From Schmidtea nova (Eukaryota): a stretch of DNA of 64,000 bases. The position numbers were made by a program, and so were the translations under genes. The notes under the pieces were generated by a model. That model made no database searches, was not told where the DNA came from, and worked only from the letters and a program-made list of their open reading frames with translations. The first letter of the stretch is position 1. The number at the start of each line of letters is the position of its first letter. Shown one piece after another: positions 1 through 11,467 of this stretch. The stretch spans positions 273,792,001-273,856,000 of the forward strand of contig CM097883.1 of assembly GCA_044892505.1 (NCBI GenBank), given 5' to 3'.

Positions 1-254
1 ATTTCTAGTGGACTTATTTTTTCAACTATTTTGGAAAAATGAAAAGCATAAAACTTTGTCCAAAATCAGGAAGAGGTACATTTTGGTACATTTATTATAA
101 TTGCATCAAAATCATCGTGTCATTTTCTAAAATCTATTGATATTAATAATAGTAGTAATAATGAGTTCAAAAATTACGAAAAAATACGAATAAAAATCGG
201 GATTTTAAAGAACAATGAGAATTTGATTATATGCCCATGAAACGGAAAGAAAAT

Positions 255-390
255 TATCTATATTTGATATGTCTTATGAATAGTACTATATATAAAGAAT
301 ATAATTTGAAGTGCCATTATCAGTCACAACACGAAGAGAAATATTCGCAATAAATTGGTAAATCGAGAATCGTCATAATTGAAAATTAAA
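255..390 (+). pseudogene. Fragment of hAT (Buster/SPIN/GTF2IRD2-like) transposase N-terminus
   Basis: Manual translation YLYLICLMNSTIYKEYNLKCHYQSQHEEKYSQ*IGKSRIVIIEN resembles the C..C....KEYNL.RHY.T.H zinc-binding segment of Buster-type hAT proteins; has an internal stop. Confidence 0.5.
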
Positions 391-408
391 AAATATATAT
401 ATATATAT

Positions 409-520
409 ATTATCAATAATTTCCATAATGATGACTAGATCAAAATTTTTTTATAAGCAATAATAATATTGTTTATAAAATTTTTTTTGATCTTTAGTCA
501 TTATGGGAATTATTGATAAT
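409..520. repeat. Imperfect long inverted repeat (foldback, arms ~45 bp)
   Basis: ATTATCAATAATTTCCATAATGATGACTAGATCAAAATTTTTTTATAA pairs with TTATAAAATTTTTTTTGATCTTTAGTCATTATGGGAATTATTGATAAT across a short AT loop. Confidence 0.7.
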
Positions 521-705
521 AATAATAAAAAAAGATCAAAGGTGAAAAAAGATAATTATGATATAGTCTAAATAGTAACACGAGTTATCGCGAGGAGGGT
601 CTTCAGAAAAATCTAAGCCAAAATCTATATAGTCTATAAATACTAACATGCGTTATTGTGGGGAGTCTTTGTTTTGACTTTGAAAAGTTTTGAAAAAGTT
701 CTTTG

Positions 706-993
706 TTAAACGGGCTCGGAAAATTTTTGAAAATGTCTTTGTCTAGGGGAAAAAATGATACTAGAACTGGTTGACTCCAGCCAGGTGCTTTTGATTTTCT
801 GAATCCTTACATAGCGTTCAGTGTCAGCTGTCATCTCTGGAATGTCACCTCTCAGTGGCAATGAACCGTCTCCTTCCGATTTTATGAAATCTTTCAAGGC
901 CGCAACGAGAATCCAGAAAGATTTTGACTCACGGTTGATATCCTCTTTTGAGGCGCATAATTTTAGATGATCCTCGCGTCCTTTATTGGTCAT
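706..993 (-). pseudogene. NAE1: Fragment of NEDD8-activating enzyme regulatory subunit (NAE1/APPBP1)
   Basis: KSFWILVAALKDFIKSEGDGSLPLRGDIPEMTADTERYVRIQKI matches the conserved NAE1 segment [43 protein letters not shown]. Similarity covers only ~60 codons (about 795-960); the flanks are unrelated. Confidence 0.8.
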
Positions 994-1029
994 TTTCCTC
1001 AGATATGGTCTGTCTTTATACGAATTTGG

Positions 1030-1338
1030 CTATTTTTTGAACTGAGATTGGAATGAAGTGATTAAATTGTCTTTTCGATTTACGAGCATCGATTTTATAT
1101 TATCAATTTTATTAGTATCATTGCATTCAGATCTATCTTCTATATCATCAAGCATAAGTTTGGGGTTGAACAAAATGCTCAATCGAAACTTATAACGAAG
1201 TTTACAAATTGGAGAATTTTGAAGTTTTTCTGTAAAAGGTGTTCGGCCAACATTCAATTTGCACAAATAATCACTGTCAGATATCGGTGAATAAAATTGT
1301 AGCTTTTCTACAATTACTGAAGATCGCACGTTATGCAT
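1030..1338 (-). CDS. Unknown ORF, in frame with the NAE1 fragment but separated by one TAG
   Basis: Reads ...SQFKK*PNSYKDRPYLRK-MTNKG...; 1338 and 993 are in the same frame. No recognisable domain. Confidence 0.25.
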   Translation of the reverse strand: MHNVRSSVIVEKLQFYSPISDSDYLCKLNVGRTPFTEKLQNSPICKLRYKFRLSILFNPKLMLDDIEDRSECNDTNKIDNIKSMLVNRKDNLITSFQSQFKK

Positions 1339-1691
1339 AATTAAATATAATGAACGTTTATATCAGATTTTCAACAAGTCTCTTTTTTGGTAGCTTTTTT
1401 TTTCTTCAAAATTACAAATGGCAATTCAAAATTAAAAATCCAGATAGTTAGCAAAGCAATTCATAAAGTGTCACAGACTTTTAAAAATTTCACTTGAAAA
1501 CAACACAAAGGAATTACTAATAATTCTTTAAAAATTCCAAATTCACACAATTTTTTATCATGTTTTTAAATTCAAAAAAACCCCCAAATATAAAACCATA
1601 AAACAGTTAAACAACAAACTCAAGTTATTATTAAATTCCAAAAATTCGGTCATTCTAATTCATTTATTATCTCTAAACGAATTCAGCCACT

Positions 1692-1752
1692 CGCGTCTGT
1701 GTGCGCACACCAACTATAGACCTCATACCTCACTGTCGCGCACACAGACGCG
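1692..1752. promoter_or_regulatory. Motif cluster 1: CGCGTCTGTGTGCGC as an inverted pair
   Basis: Exact 15-mer at 1692-1706 and its reverse complement at 1738-1752, ~350 bp upstream of the minus-strand ORF/NAE1 fragment. Confidence 0.6.
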
Positions 1753-2115
1753 TTGCAATCTGCCTGCTAGATGATGGTGGAGGGAAATTTGATTAGTAGG
1801 TTGAATAATGGGAATGTGTCGCAGCTGATGCAGGGTAGAGTTGGTGTGATTGATTTTATTACTAGTGTCTAAACCAGGCGGATAGAGATGAGATGCGTCC
1901 TGAACGCCTGGTATAGAATGGTCCTGGGATATGAGGAATTACCTCTCGCCAGACAAGCCTTCCAAGATTTATATAGTTTTCGATAAGACCGTACAACGGC
2001 TTCCAGACTCGCTCCACAATCTCTCACAGCAATCAAGCCCCGCCTTTTACTATTTTATTTTTATTTAATTAATTTTTAAATATTTTAATAAGCGGGCGCG
2101 ACCAAGAACGAAGAC

Positions 2116-2318
2116 ATGAGTCATGCAAAGAGAATTTTTTTATTCATTTTCTGGGAAATTTTCAAGGAGAGGGGCGCTAAAAACTTCGATTTTTTTGAAA
2201 AAATTGTTTATAAAAACGATGAGTCATCGATATTTTTGACATGACCACTTTGAAGTCATATAAAACAAAGACCATAATTCACCCTCTATCAAATCGATGA
2301 TTCACCATTATGAGTCAT
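2116..2318. promoter_or_regulatory. Cluster of three AP-1-type sites (ATGAGTCAT)
   Basis: Exact ATGAGTCAT at 2116, 2219 and 2310, spaced ~90-100 bp; function not shown. Confidence 0.35.
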
Positions 2319-2741
2319 TCCTTCTTGAGCCAAAAAGGAATATGCAGTACAGAAAAAAATTATTTCCTTTAAGTTTTCTTAACTACTTGAACTAACGAAA
2401 TACTAGAAAATGTTATAAATGGCTTACTTTAAAATTTTAAGTATACTGGCCCTCTAAACATACAGAAAGGCACACACGTGCTGAGTTGTATATAACTTTT
2501 TTCAAAAATTTTTAAAACGCTAATTATTGAAAATTAATATATAAAATTTTATATTGTCAAATAAATTTTGAAAAATTTTAATGTAATCTATTTAAAGAAT
2601 AAATCTTAATTTGCTTCCATAATTTATATTAAATCAGAATTCAGGAAAAAGAAAATATTCAGAAAGTAGTGATAAGTCAAATTAGAAAGAATTACGTATT
2701 GTCTTGGTCAGGATCTTTTTAAGATCGAAATATTTTATTAA

Positions 2742-2961
2742 CCCTTAATGACCTGAATTAATTTTTTTTTAATTTTAAAATTTTTTTTTGGATAAATCTA
2801 TTATTTTATTAATATTTAAGATTATTTTCCATATTATTTATCAAAATTTAATCTATGTTACGAGAAAATCCGTGTTGCCATATGGCAACGCTAAGCAGTC
2901 ATACTGCAAATAAATAGTTATTGCGCGGCGTTGCCATATGGCAACGCTAGGTTAATATGGG
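2742..2961. mobile_element. piggyBac-type MITE, family 1 copy 1
   Basis: TTAA on both sides, CCC...GGG ends with imperfect TIRs, two internal palindromes GTTGCCATATGGCAAC; ~155-bp core nearly identical to 17102-17345. Confidence 0.75.
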
Positions 2962-3299
2962 TTAAGCTCTGCTAGTGACAACAATTTATATTTAATATTT
3001 TTATAATTATTATTTTATATTTGTTTTTTAACCGTTCAATAATTTATAATTAAATACTCATAAAAAATAATTATATACATTTGCGTGATAATTTGGGACC
3101 AGAAAAAACATAATGCAAGTGAAAATGATGAAAAACTAAACACAATTTTCCATATAAATACACAGAAAAGCAAATAATTGGTTTCAAAACAAAAATTTTA
3201 ATTTTTTGAAGTAAAAATATATAGATATTAAAGAAAACATTTCAATTCAATCTGTTTAAATCACTTTTCATATAAAGAAATTCCGAAATTTACATTTAA

Positions 3300-3760
3300 T
3301 TTTGTCTCATCTTCAATCGAAGTTGTATTCACAAAACATTTAACTAGTGTAAATCATTCATACGATTTGAAATTGATGGGTAAAAATTATCAAGCGGTTT
3401 TTGAACAGCTAGCTGTTTTTATTACATGTTTCACTTGTGACATAAAATTTTCACCTGTCTGGTCATCAATTGCAACAAAGATTTCGAGAGATGAGTCAAT
3501 CATTTTTAATCCTTTCGATAATTCAAGAGCTATGGCTGTAGATTTATTAGAAACATCATTTGTCACACGCATACACTATATATATATATATATATGTTTA
3601 TCGCTAACCTGAACGATAACGTCAGCGGCCATTTGCTTACTATCATTCTGAATGTAGGAGATCTCCAATTCGATGGAAGTTAAATTAGTAGAAAAATCAC
3701 CCATTTTGACCAAAGTTTTATCCAGTTACTTCACTTGTGACATTGTTACCAGTATCGGCG
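3300..3760 (-). pseudogene. Degraded spliced coding fragment with amphipathic-helix character
   Basis: Removing a ~33-nt GT..AG intron joins ...ISYIQNDSKQMAADVIVQ to CMRVTNDVSNKSTAIALELSKGLKMIDSSLEIFV in frame. Stops on both sides; internal repeat MSQVK. Weak resemblance to talin/vinculin rod helices. Confidence 0.3.
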
Positions 3761-3869
3761 GCTGCGATGAGTTGCTTAAATGTAAATCTTAGATAATAAC
3801 TCTTGAACGTTGAGATAAAACCTTGGTACATTGGTTTTTGCAGCTATACTGATTATCAAAATCTTCGGA

Positions 3870-4480
3870 TAAGATTTTAAAGCAAGACATCTCTGATTTT
3901 GCAGAATTTCTAAATATCAATCACCATTTACATTACGCCCTTCAAAAAAGAATTTCGTTGTCTCACTTTTCCCACAAACACGTTGAACATTAACTTTAAA
4001 GCGATCTCTTTCATGTTCAACAGATGCGGGTGGATTTTCAGTTCCCCAAATACGGTAACCTTGCCACTGATATGGAATTTTGCTTCATTGGAGAGCATTA
4101 TATTAAAAATACATCATCGTTGCTAAGGATTTCGTTGAATCGGTAATAGAAAGTTTGTGCACTTGAATTTGGTACGCTTTCATCTGAAGTTTTGTCTGTA
4201 GAATCTAAGGGACAGTTGACTTTGAAATCCTCAACTCTTGTGATGCAAATCTAAATGATTTACTTGGAATTGTCTTAACCCTTTCGCAGCTGCTCGGACA
4301 CATATGTCCCAACAGAAGTTTAAAAACTGCTGAATTTAAAATTTTCCATATAATATGGGATATATGTATCACAGATCGTCTCCTAAAATCTTTTCTAACG
4401 GTATTTAGCTTTGTGGGATTCATTTTTAGTCTTACATTTGAAATTGTGAAGTGCAGTTGTAATTTGTGATAAATTCTTGT
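3870..4480 (-). pseudogene. Degraded Tc1/mariner-superfamily transposase (DUF4817-type N-terminus)
   Basis: Fragments TVRKDFRRR, PSKSFRFASQELRISKSTV..ILQTKLQMKAYQIQV and YRIWGTENP..SVEHERDRFKVNV...FFFEGRNVNG are typical of this family; several stops and frameshifts. Confidence 0.75.
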
Positions 4481-4895
4481 TTCACCAAAATAAATATTAT
4501 ATTTTTAAAAATAGAGGTGTTTTATAATACAATTAGTGAGTATTGGGAGTATTTTAATTAAGGTAAGTACTATATTTATTTGTATTTATAAATTTTTAAA
4601 AAGTTTTTGTGCTACTGGCCATATTTGTCCCAAGCGTCATTTTTAATTTTGTTTTCTATATATAGTTATAAAAAATGACTGCAAAAGAAATTGAAGAACA
4701 TTTGTTGAACTTTGACATTTAGATTTTAGTGCAGTCAGACAAGGAACACAGTTTACTTGCTTTTAGTGCAGCCATTTGTTAATAGTAATTGTTAAAATTA
4801 ATTGTTTAAACTACTATTTAAAAAAAAATACTAAATAAAACTTTTTAAAACTAGATACGCCAAGCTTTCCAATCCTTTTTAAAGATTCTTCTATC

Positions 4896-5036
4896 NNNNN
4901 NNNNNNNNNNNNNNNNNNNNNNNNNNNNNNNNNNNNNNNNNNNNNNNNNNNNNNNNNNNNNNNNNNNNNNNNNNNNNNNNNNNNNNNNNNNNNNNNNNNN
5001 NNNNNNNNNNNNNNNNNNNNNNNNNNNNNNNNNNNN
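4896..5036. other. Assembly gap (141 N)
   Basis: Run of N; interrupts the 5' side of the LARP1 exon. Confidence 1.
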
Positions 5037-5037
5037 G

Positions 5038-8000
5038 GTACAAATATGTCAAGATGAAAAAGCATTTAAATTAATGCAAAAAAGTCTACAAAATTACGAT
5101 AATTCAGAAGGAACAGATGACCCTAAATTACCAACATCAATCATTCCGATAGAGCACAAAGTTGAAGTTATGAAACAAAAAAGTGTTAATGTAATGATTT
5201 TCAAACCATTACCAAGAGAAATGAATATCGATTGTGACTTCTTAGTGGAATCAAGTACAAGCAGTTTACTAAATCCAGTTCAATACAATTCTTGGAATCC
5301 ACCATTCACAATCAGTGATTCTGTCAATCAGTGGTTAGATAGATTATTGGAAAATGTGCAATATCAATATCTTCAAATTGGCAAATCGACTAAACCTGAC
5401 AAAACTTCAAATCTTTATCAATCAAAAATAGAAAGTGACACAAATACAAATAAAATCGCAGAAGACAATCGCTCAAAATTAGTCAATAGTGAACCTGCCC
5501 AATCAATTCTTATAAATGATGTTCGTAAGGAAATAAAGAAACCCAAACGTGCTTGTAAAGTGGGTTTCTATCCTGTGACTAAAGTTGGACCGGCTAAAGA
5601 TAAACTAAAAGATAAGACGAGAGCCAGCTGTAATCCCGTTGTGGAATATGATGTTGGTTATGCTTATAGTGGTGGATATTTTAATAACAGAAGGAGAACT
5701 ACTTCAGGAAGGTTAGAATTATACCTATTTATATACATAATTATTATAAAATAACAATAATCTTATGTATGAATAATGCTGTATTATCTACTGATTATTA
5801 TAAGTAATATATAAATTTTATAAAAATAATTTATTATTATTTTATTATAAATGCAATTTCAATCAAAATTTTCAAATACGCGCTTTTTCTCAATTATTTA
5901 AACAATTATAACTTTCAGTGTAAATAAATAAATGATAATGATTTCAAAAATGATTGTTCATGTTTATTTGTTTGATATTTATATATTATTATAATACTAA
6001 TTAAAGTTATCATTGTTAAATTAATTCCTCACAATTATAATAAATAATATTACTTTGTTCGGAACCTTTGTCCAATATTAATATCGCCAATAGGAGTTGT
6101 TGAATATGAATTAGAACAACGAATGAAGCAAAATTGATGTAAAATGCACCAGAGATTTATTTAGCTTAATTGATATTTAGGTTAACTTCTGTCATTTTAT
6201 ATAATGTAAAACCCTAGGGGAATTATTTATTTTTTTAGAAAAAGAATTAGAGAATTGATTTTCCAAAAAATGAAATAGTTAAAACTGTTTTTATCGGTAA
6301 AATCTCCAAACCCAAATTTTGTACTTTTTTCGTTGCAAAATTATAAGGTTTTAAAAACAGTAATGTATAAAACTAAATTTTTACGAAATCTATAATATTA
6401 ATCAGAAAATAGATCGGAATGTTAAAAGAACTCAAACGTAGCGAAGAGACATTTGCACGTTCCATTTCTAGGTCAACGATGCTATTTTTATTTTCAACTA
6501 TATTTTGTGGGTTTTATAAGGTAAGATTCGCGGCGATATTTTCAACATTAAAATAACGATAAAATAATGCAAATATCTGTATTTCCGGTATCTGCTTTTG
6601 AAAGTTCAATGCTACCAGGGCAAAGCAGGACAGAGTATCCTTAGTTCTATTTTATAAAACACAAACGTGCTGTTTATAGAAATGTTTAAGCTGTCAAATT
6701 CCAGTAACGCGATAAATGTTTGTGAATTGGTAGAAAATGAACAAAGTCGGGTTTATAAAATAAAGATATTAACTCTTCAACTTCACCCATAAATCTAGCA
6801 TCAAAATTTCTCGGAAATAGGTTGAATGGGATATTATTCCAATAATCAAACAACCATTTCGACACAATTTCATATGATAGAGCAGAGGTTCCCAAACTGT
6901 GGGTAGCGACCCAAAAGTGGGTCGCCAAGCTCTGGCAAGTGGGTCGCGAAAGTTTTTAGGAAAACATAAACTTCACAGTATAAATATTAGTTAAACTGTT
7001 ATAACACTGTTAAAACTGTTGCTTTTGCATTGAAATAAATTTTTTACTGTTTTCCTAAGTTTCATTTTTATGTTTTAAATGTGCTAATTTCTGAAGTTTC
7101 TAAACGCTGTCTGTAAATCGGAATATTTTAACCCAATTTATGAGATATTACTGAGTACTCGATGCTTAATTTTATTTAGTGGGTCCCGAGATGTCAAAAA
7201 TATTTCCAAGTGGGTCCAGAGCCAAATAAGTTTGGGAACCTCTGTGATAGAGGTCTTATTTTCCAAGTTTTTTTTGTTTCCTATGATTCAGAATAATATA
7301 ACCACTCATAAGCATAATTGTAAAATTGTAATGTTAATGTTTTAATTATTTGTTTTCGTATGGAAAATTATTAGAGGTTTTACAATATATGTTGTTCACT
7401 GGCTATTAGTACATTGCTCAGGCTCTTTTTATACAATACGTATCTAAAAAAGAAACAAGAAGAAAAGTACAAGAAAAAACAATGTTTTAGTAACAAAAAA
7501 TATTAACATCAAATATTAAAAACAACTTTACAAACTTTAAGTAATATTCCTTTTCCTGTAATAGTCTGAAGTATAATGGTGTAATTGTTCCGGCACTCTT
7601 TGCAAATTAACTACACCCATACTTTGTTTTACGACGTTCTTAAAAAATTGACAATAAAACAAAACTCAAAAAACGAGTTTTCAATTTAACGCCAATTTCC
7701 TAAGAACTTAAATAAGTCGTACAACAAGGTACGGATGTATTCTATTTCTCATAATTTTAGTTTATTATTCATGTGTTAGATGAAAAATTATGATAGTAGC
7801 ATTTATAGTAATGTAACGTAAGCTAAGTCACGATTCGAATTACAATGTTTTTTTCATAAAAACGTTGAAATGTATCTAGGGCCTACGAAAGAGTTAATGC
7901 GTCCCTGTCGTCGCCGTCTATTTTTAGCGTATATTTCCAAATACTATAACCAACCATTATATTAAATAGCATGATCAAAGAAAAGAACAATAGGCATACT

Positions 8001-10597
8001 ATTTGGACTTTTCAAAATAAATATCAGAAGTACTGAGTCAGTTTTCATAAAATAAATTTTTATAAATTTGTTAAAATTATAATTGACATCTTAAAATTAA
8101 TACATGTAACGAAAAATTATTCGTCGGTTAAATCAAACATCTGAAGGTTTTTCTGGAACATAAGGCGATTGCTGTGCATTGTTTGACAATTATTCTTTAT
8201 TTTCTTTTAGTAATACTATTTAATAGGTTAACTGTCACGTGAAGCATGTGTGCTTTACACTAATGTATTGTGGAAACTAACGTGTTAAAAATATCCGTTA
8301 AAATGTACGATGTGTATTTGATTATATATTTAATGACGAAGAAACCAGGGAACGTAAAACCCCGCAATTTTGTAAGGGGCCCAAAATGGAAGTTATTGTA
8401 TATGAAATCGAATCATGCCCAAAAATACCATCACAATAAACATTGTATTAGAACAAGTTTTCGTCATAAGTTTACACATGAGAAATAATAAATACAATTG
8501 TCAAGGATAATACTAATATTAAGTGCAATGCAAACATACATATAGTTACGTAATATTTCTGTCGCAATAATATTTAACCCATAACCATTATTGCTTATCA
8601 TTATAAGCATTAACCCTTCAACGGGGAGAATAATTTTTTAAATATAAAAATGATTTAAGACCTAATTTATAAAATTTGATTTCACTAACTGGTAAACTGA
8701 ATTCACTATTTTGTTCCGTCAGCTTTCAACGGCAAACTGACGAATACTTTTTGTCATTCACAATAATAACGATGAAATTTTTTTTGCGTTGCTTCCTTAG
8801 AGTTACATATAAGTAACGCTAGCCGTTGAAGGGTTAATGTCATTTTAATCTACCATATTGCAAGCTTTATATTGTTCTATCCTTTTTATTAGTTAAGCAA
8901 TAATTTCTTATTGGTCATAAATTTCGAATCCATCAATTATTCATAATGTAACTGCTACTTTACTGATAAAAAATCAAACATATCCCGAAGAAATAATTGA
9001 AATAAATTATCTTTTTTTCAGATTGTGCTAAAAGAAGTATTAGAAATTTAATTTTTAAATGAGTTTTGTGTATTTTAGGTAACATAGTTATATTATTGCG
9101 TAAGGGCTCGCTGCAGTTGCATTTTAAAGTTAAGTTTCGATTTCAAGATTGAATCCATTTTCGTTCATGATTTTCTTTGAGTTTCGATAGTTGCTAAGAT
9201 GAATAGGTAGTCTTTACGACAAAAATACCTTTTGAAATGAGAGTACATATTTATTACTCTTTGAGAAAGAACGATTGTGATATTAGTTCCATAAATATGA
9301 AACTACTAAATAATTATTGGTCAATTCATTACTATCCATAAAGTCATTTCTTAAAATTTAAGACATTAAAAGTAAATTTTTTCTAATTTATTAGATTAGT
9401 TGTTCAGTTTGAATAATTAAATTTTGAAGTCGACAATTTTTTTGCAATTTAAAATAATCTAAAAAAATAAAAACACATGCTTAACACAACATTTACGGAA
9501 TGGGTCAATTTGACTGAATTTAAGCAATCCAATTAAAATTTCTTTCCATTTAAGACATCGTATTCTTTTATTCTATTTAATAGAAAGCATTATTAATTCA
9601 ATACCGCGACATTAATATTGAAATAAGAATTAATTTATAGCTTCTTTGAATAGTATTTCATAAATCTCTAATTCTAGGAATATTAACGACAGATGATTAT
9701 TGATTTAACTGTTGATTAGGAAAACTGTTTTAATTGCTACTTTACGAGAATTAAAATGCTTATTTAGGTTTTTTGTTTGACTCAAAACTAATTAAAAAAT
9801 AAAATAAATTTGATTCAACCTTCAGCACATACAGTCAGTATAATGACGCTGGTTACGCTGTTGCTCACGGAATACCTATACCTTTCAATGATCACCCTAG
9901 TCAATTACTATTACAGGAGAATGGATTTGAGATAAAGTTTTACCATGTCTTTAGAAAGGAATCATTAGCAGACAGGGAAAGGAAAGGTATAGGAAGAAGT
10001 CAAGTATATAATAAATTTTTATAAATATTAAACAAAGTTCTTTTTTAAAAGGAAATGAATACCCTTTTTCGGTTTTGGTCGTTTTTTCTTAGGGAAAATA
10101 AAAATAAACGTATGTATGAAGAATTTCAAAAATATGCCTGGGAAGATGCGGTCAAAGGTTATCGTTATGGAGTTGAATGTTTATTCCGAATGTTTACTTA
10201 TAAATTGGAACAAAAGAGACATTTTAATGAGCAACAATATCAAGATTTTCAAGTTACGTCTATTTTATAACATAATTAGTTTATTGATAATTTTAAATAT
10301 TTCAGAAAAATGTCCTAAAAGATCTAGAAAGCAATCATTTGTATGGACTGGAGAAGTTTTGGGCTTTTCTTAAGTATAGTGGAAAGAAACTTGAGGTTCA
10401 CTCCAAAATTAAAAAATTATTGGAAAAGTACAAAACTCTGGAGGATTTCAGAACAAATGTAAATTTTCTATTTGTAAAAGGTATATGTAAATTTGATCAT
10501 ATTTTGCTTTCAGTTCATTCCTCCTCAAGGGTTTCATAGTTATAAAATTGAATATCCCCAACAAGAGGCTGTTGAATCAGGAATCGAGTCAGAATAA
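5038..10597 (+). CDS. LARP1: La-related protein 1, C-terminal half with DM15 repeats (5 exons visible, 5' end not found)
   Basis: Exons 5038-5711, 9826-10003, 10052-10252, 10306-10458, 10514-10597 join in phase at GT-AG sites. Motifs [73 protein letters not shown] match LARP1 DM15. Confidence 0.95.
6883..7244. mobile_element. hAT (Charlie/MER5-like) MITE in LARP1 intron
   Basis: 15-bp TIR CAGAGGTTCCCAAAC, perfect 8-bp TSD TGATAGAG, repeated AGTGGGTC subterminal motifs; 362 bp. Confidence 0.92.
8614..8833. mobile_element. piggyBac-type MITE, family 2
   Basis: TIR CCCTTCAACGG flanked by TTAA on both sides; 220 bp. Confidence 0.85.
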
Positions 10598-10780
10598 TAA
10601 CATAGCTTTTGAGTTATCAATCGAATAGTTTTGGTTTTGATTTTTAATACGTAATTCGTACATTTGTACTAATATTTATTATTTGTAAAATATTTTCATA
10701 AAAATAAATAATTAATTGGGTTAGTCAATTTGCATTTATTTTTGACAATGTTCTTGTTACGCTTATTAATGTTTCTATTA

Positions 10781-11467
10781 GGGGCCGTTCATAAAGTATG
10801 TACGCACTTAGGGGGTAGGGGGTGTCAGGCCAAAAGCGTATTGGTATGTATGGGGGTAAAACACGGTAAATAAATACAAAACTAGTAAATATAGCCGCAG
10901 AGTATTATACTGACAAAACTACAAAAATCGAGTTAGAGGCGTCAACTGTATGCAGTTGCAATTAACCTTCATTCTGCTTAGCGATAAGACCGTATCTAGT
11001 CCGAGGCCTTAGAAATTTGATTACTAACATCGACCGTATCTGCTCATGGCAGAATTGAAAACACGTTTTGTTATTTATCTCCTAAGTGTATTTTTGCAGT
11101 TACGGTCTATTTGATAAGGAGGGCGGTATAGTATGATTCGATTAAAAAATAATGGTTAAAAGAAAATTTCGGTTTTTAAAAACAGCAATGAGGCTTAACA
11201 ATTAGACATTTAATTGATAATAAGTAAGTTCGCTGGCGATAATAAGAAGATTCTTATCGTTAGGACATGGTTTTAAAAAACTGAAACAAACGACCCATGA
11301 CATTCATAGAAGTCCATCTTTGTCTAAAGATTAATCATTCTTTTCCGGGGTGTAAAGTGTATGTACCGGGGGGGGGTAGGGGGCCGAAAAAGTACACACT
11401 GCAACATGGGGAAGGGAGGGGGGTAGCATTTACGATTTTTTGGCGTACGTACTTTATGGACGATCCC
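10781..11467. mobile_element. PIF/Harbinger-type MITE
   Basis: 25-bp TIRs GGGGCCGTTCATAAAGTATGTACGC / GGGATCGTCCATAAAGTACGTACGC, TTA TSD, G-rich subterminal tracts. Confidence 0.85.
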
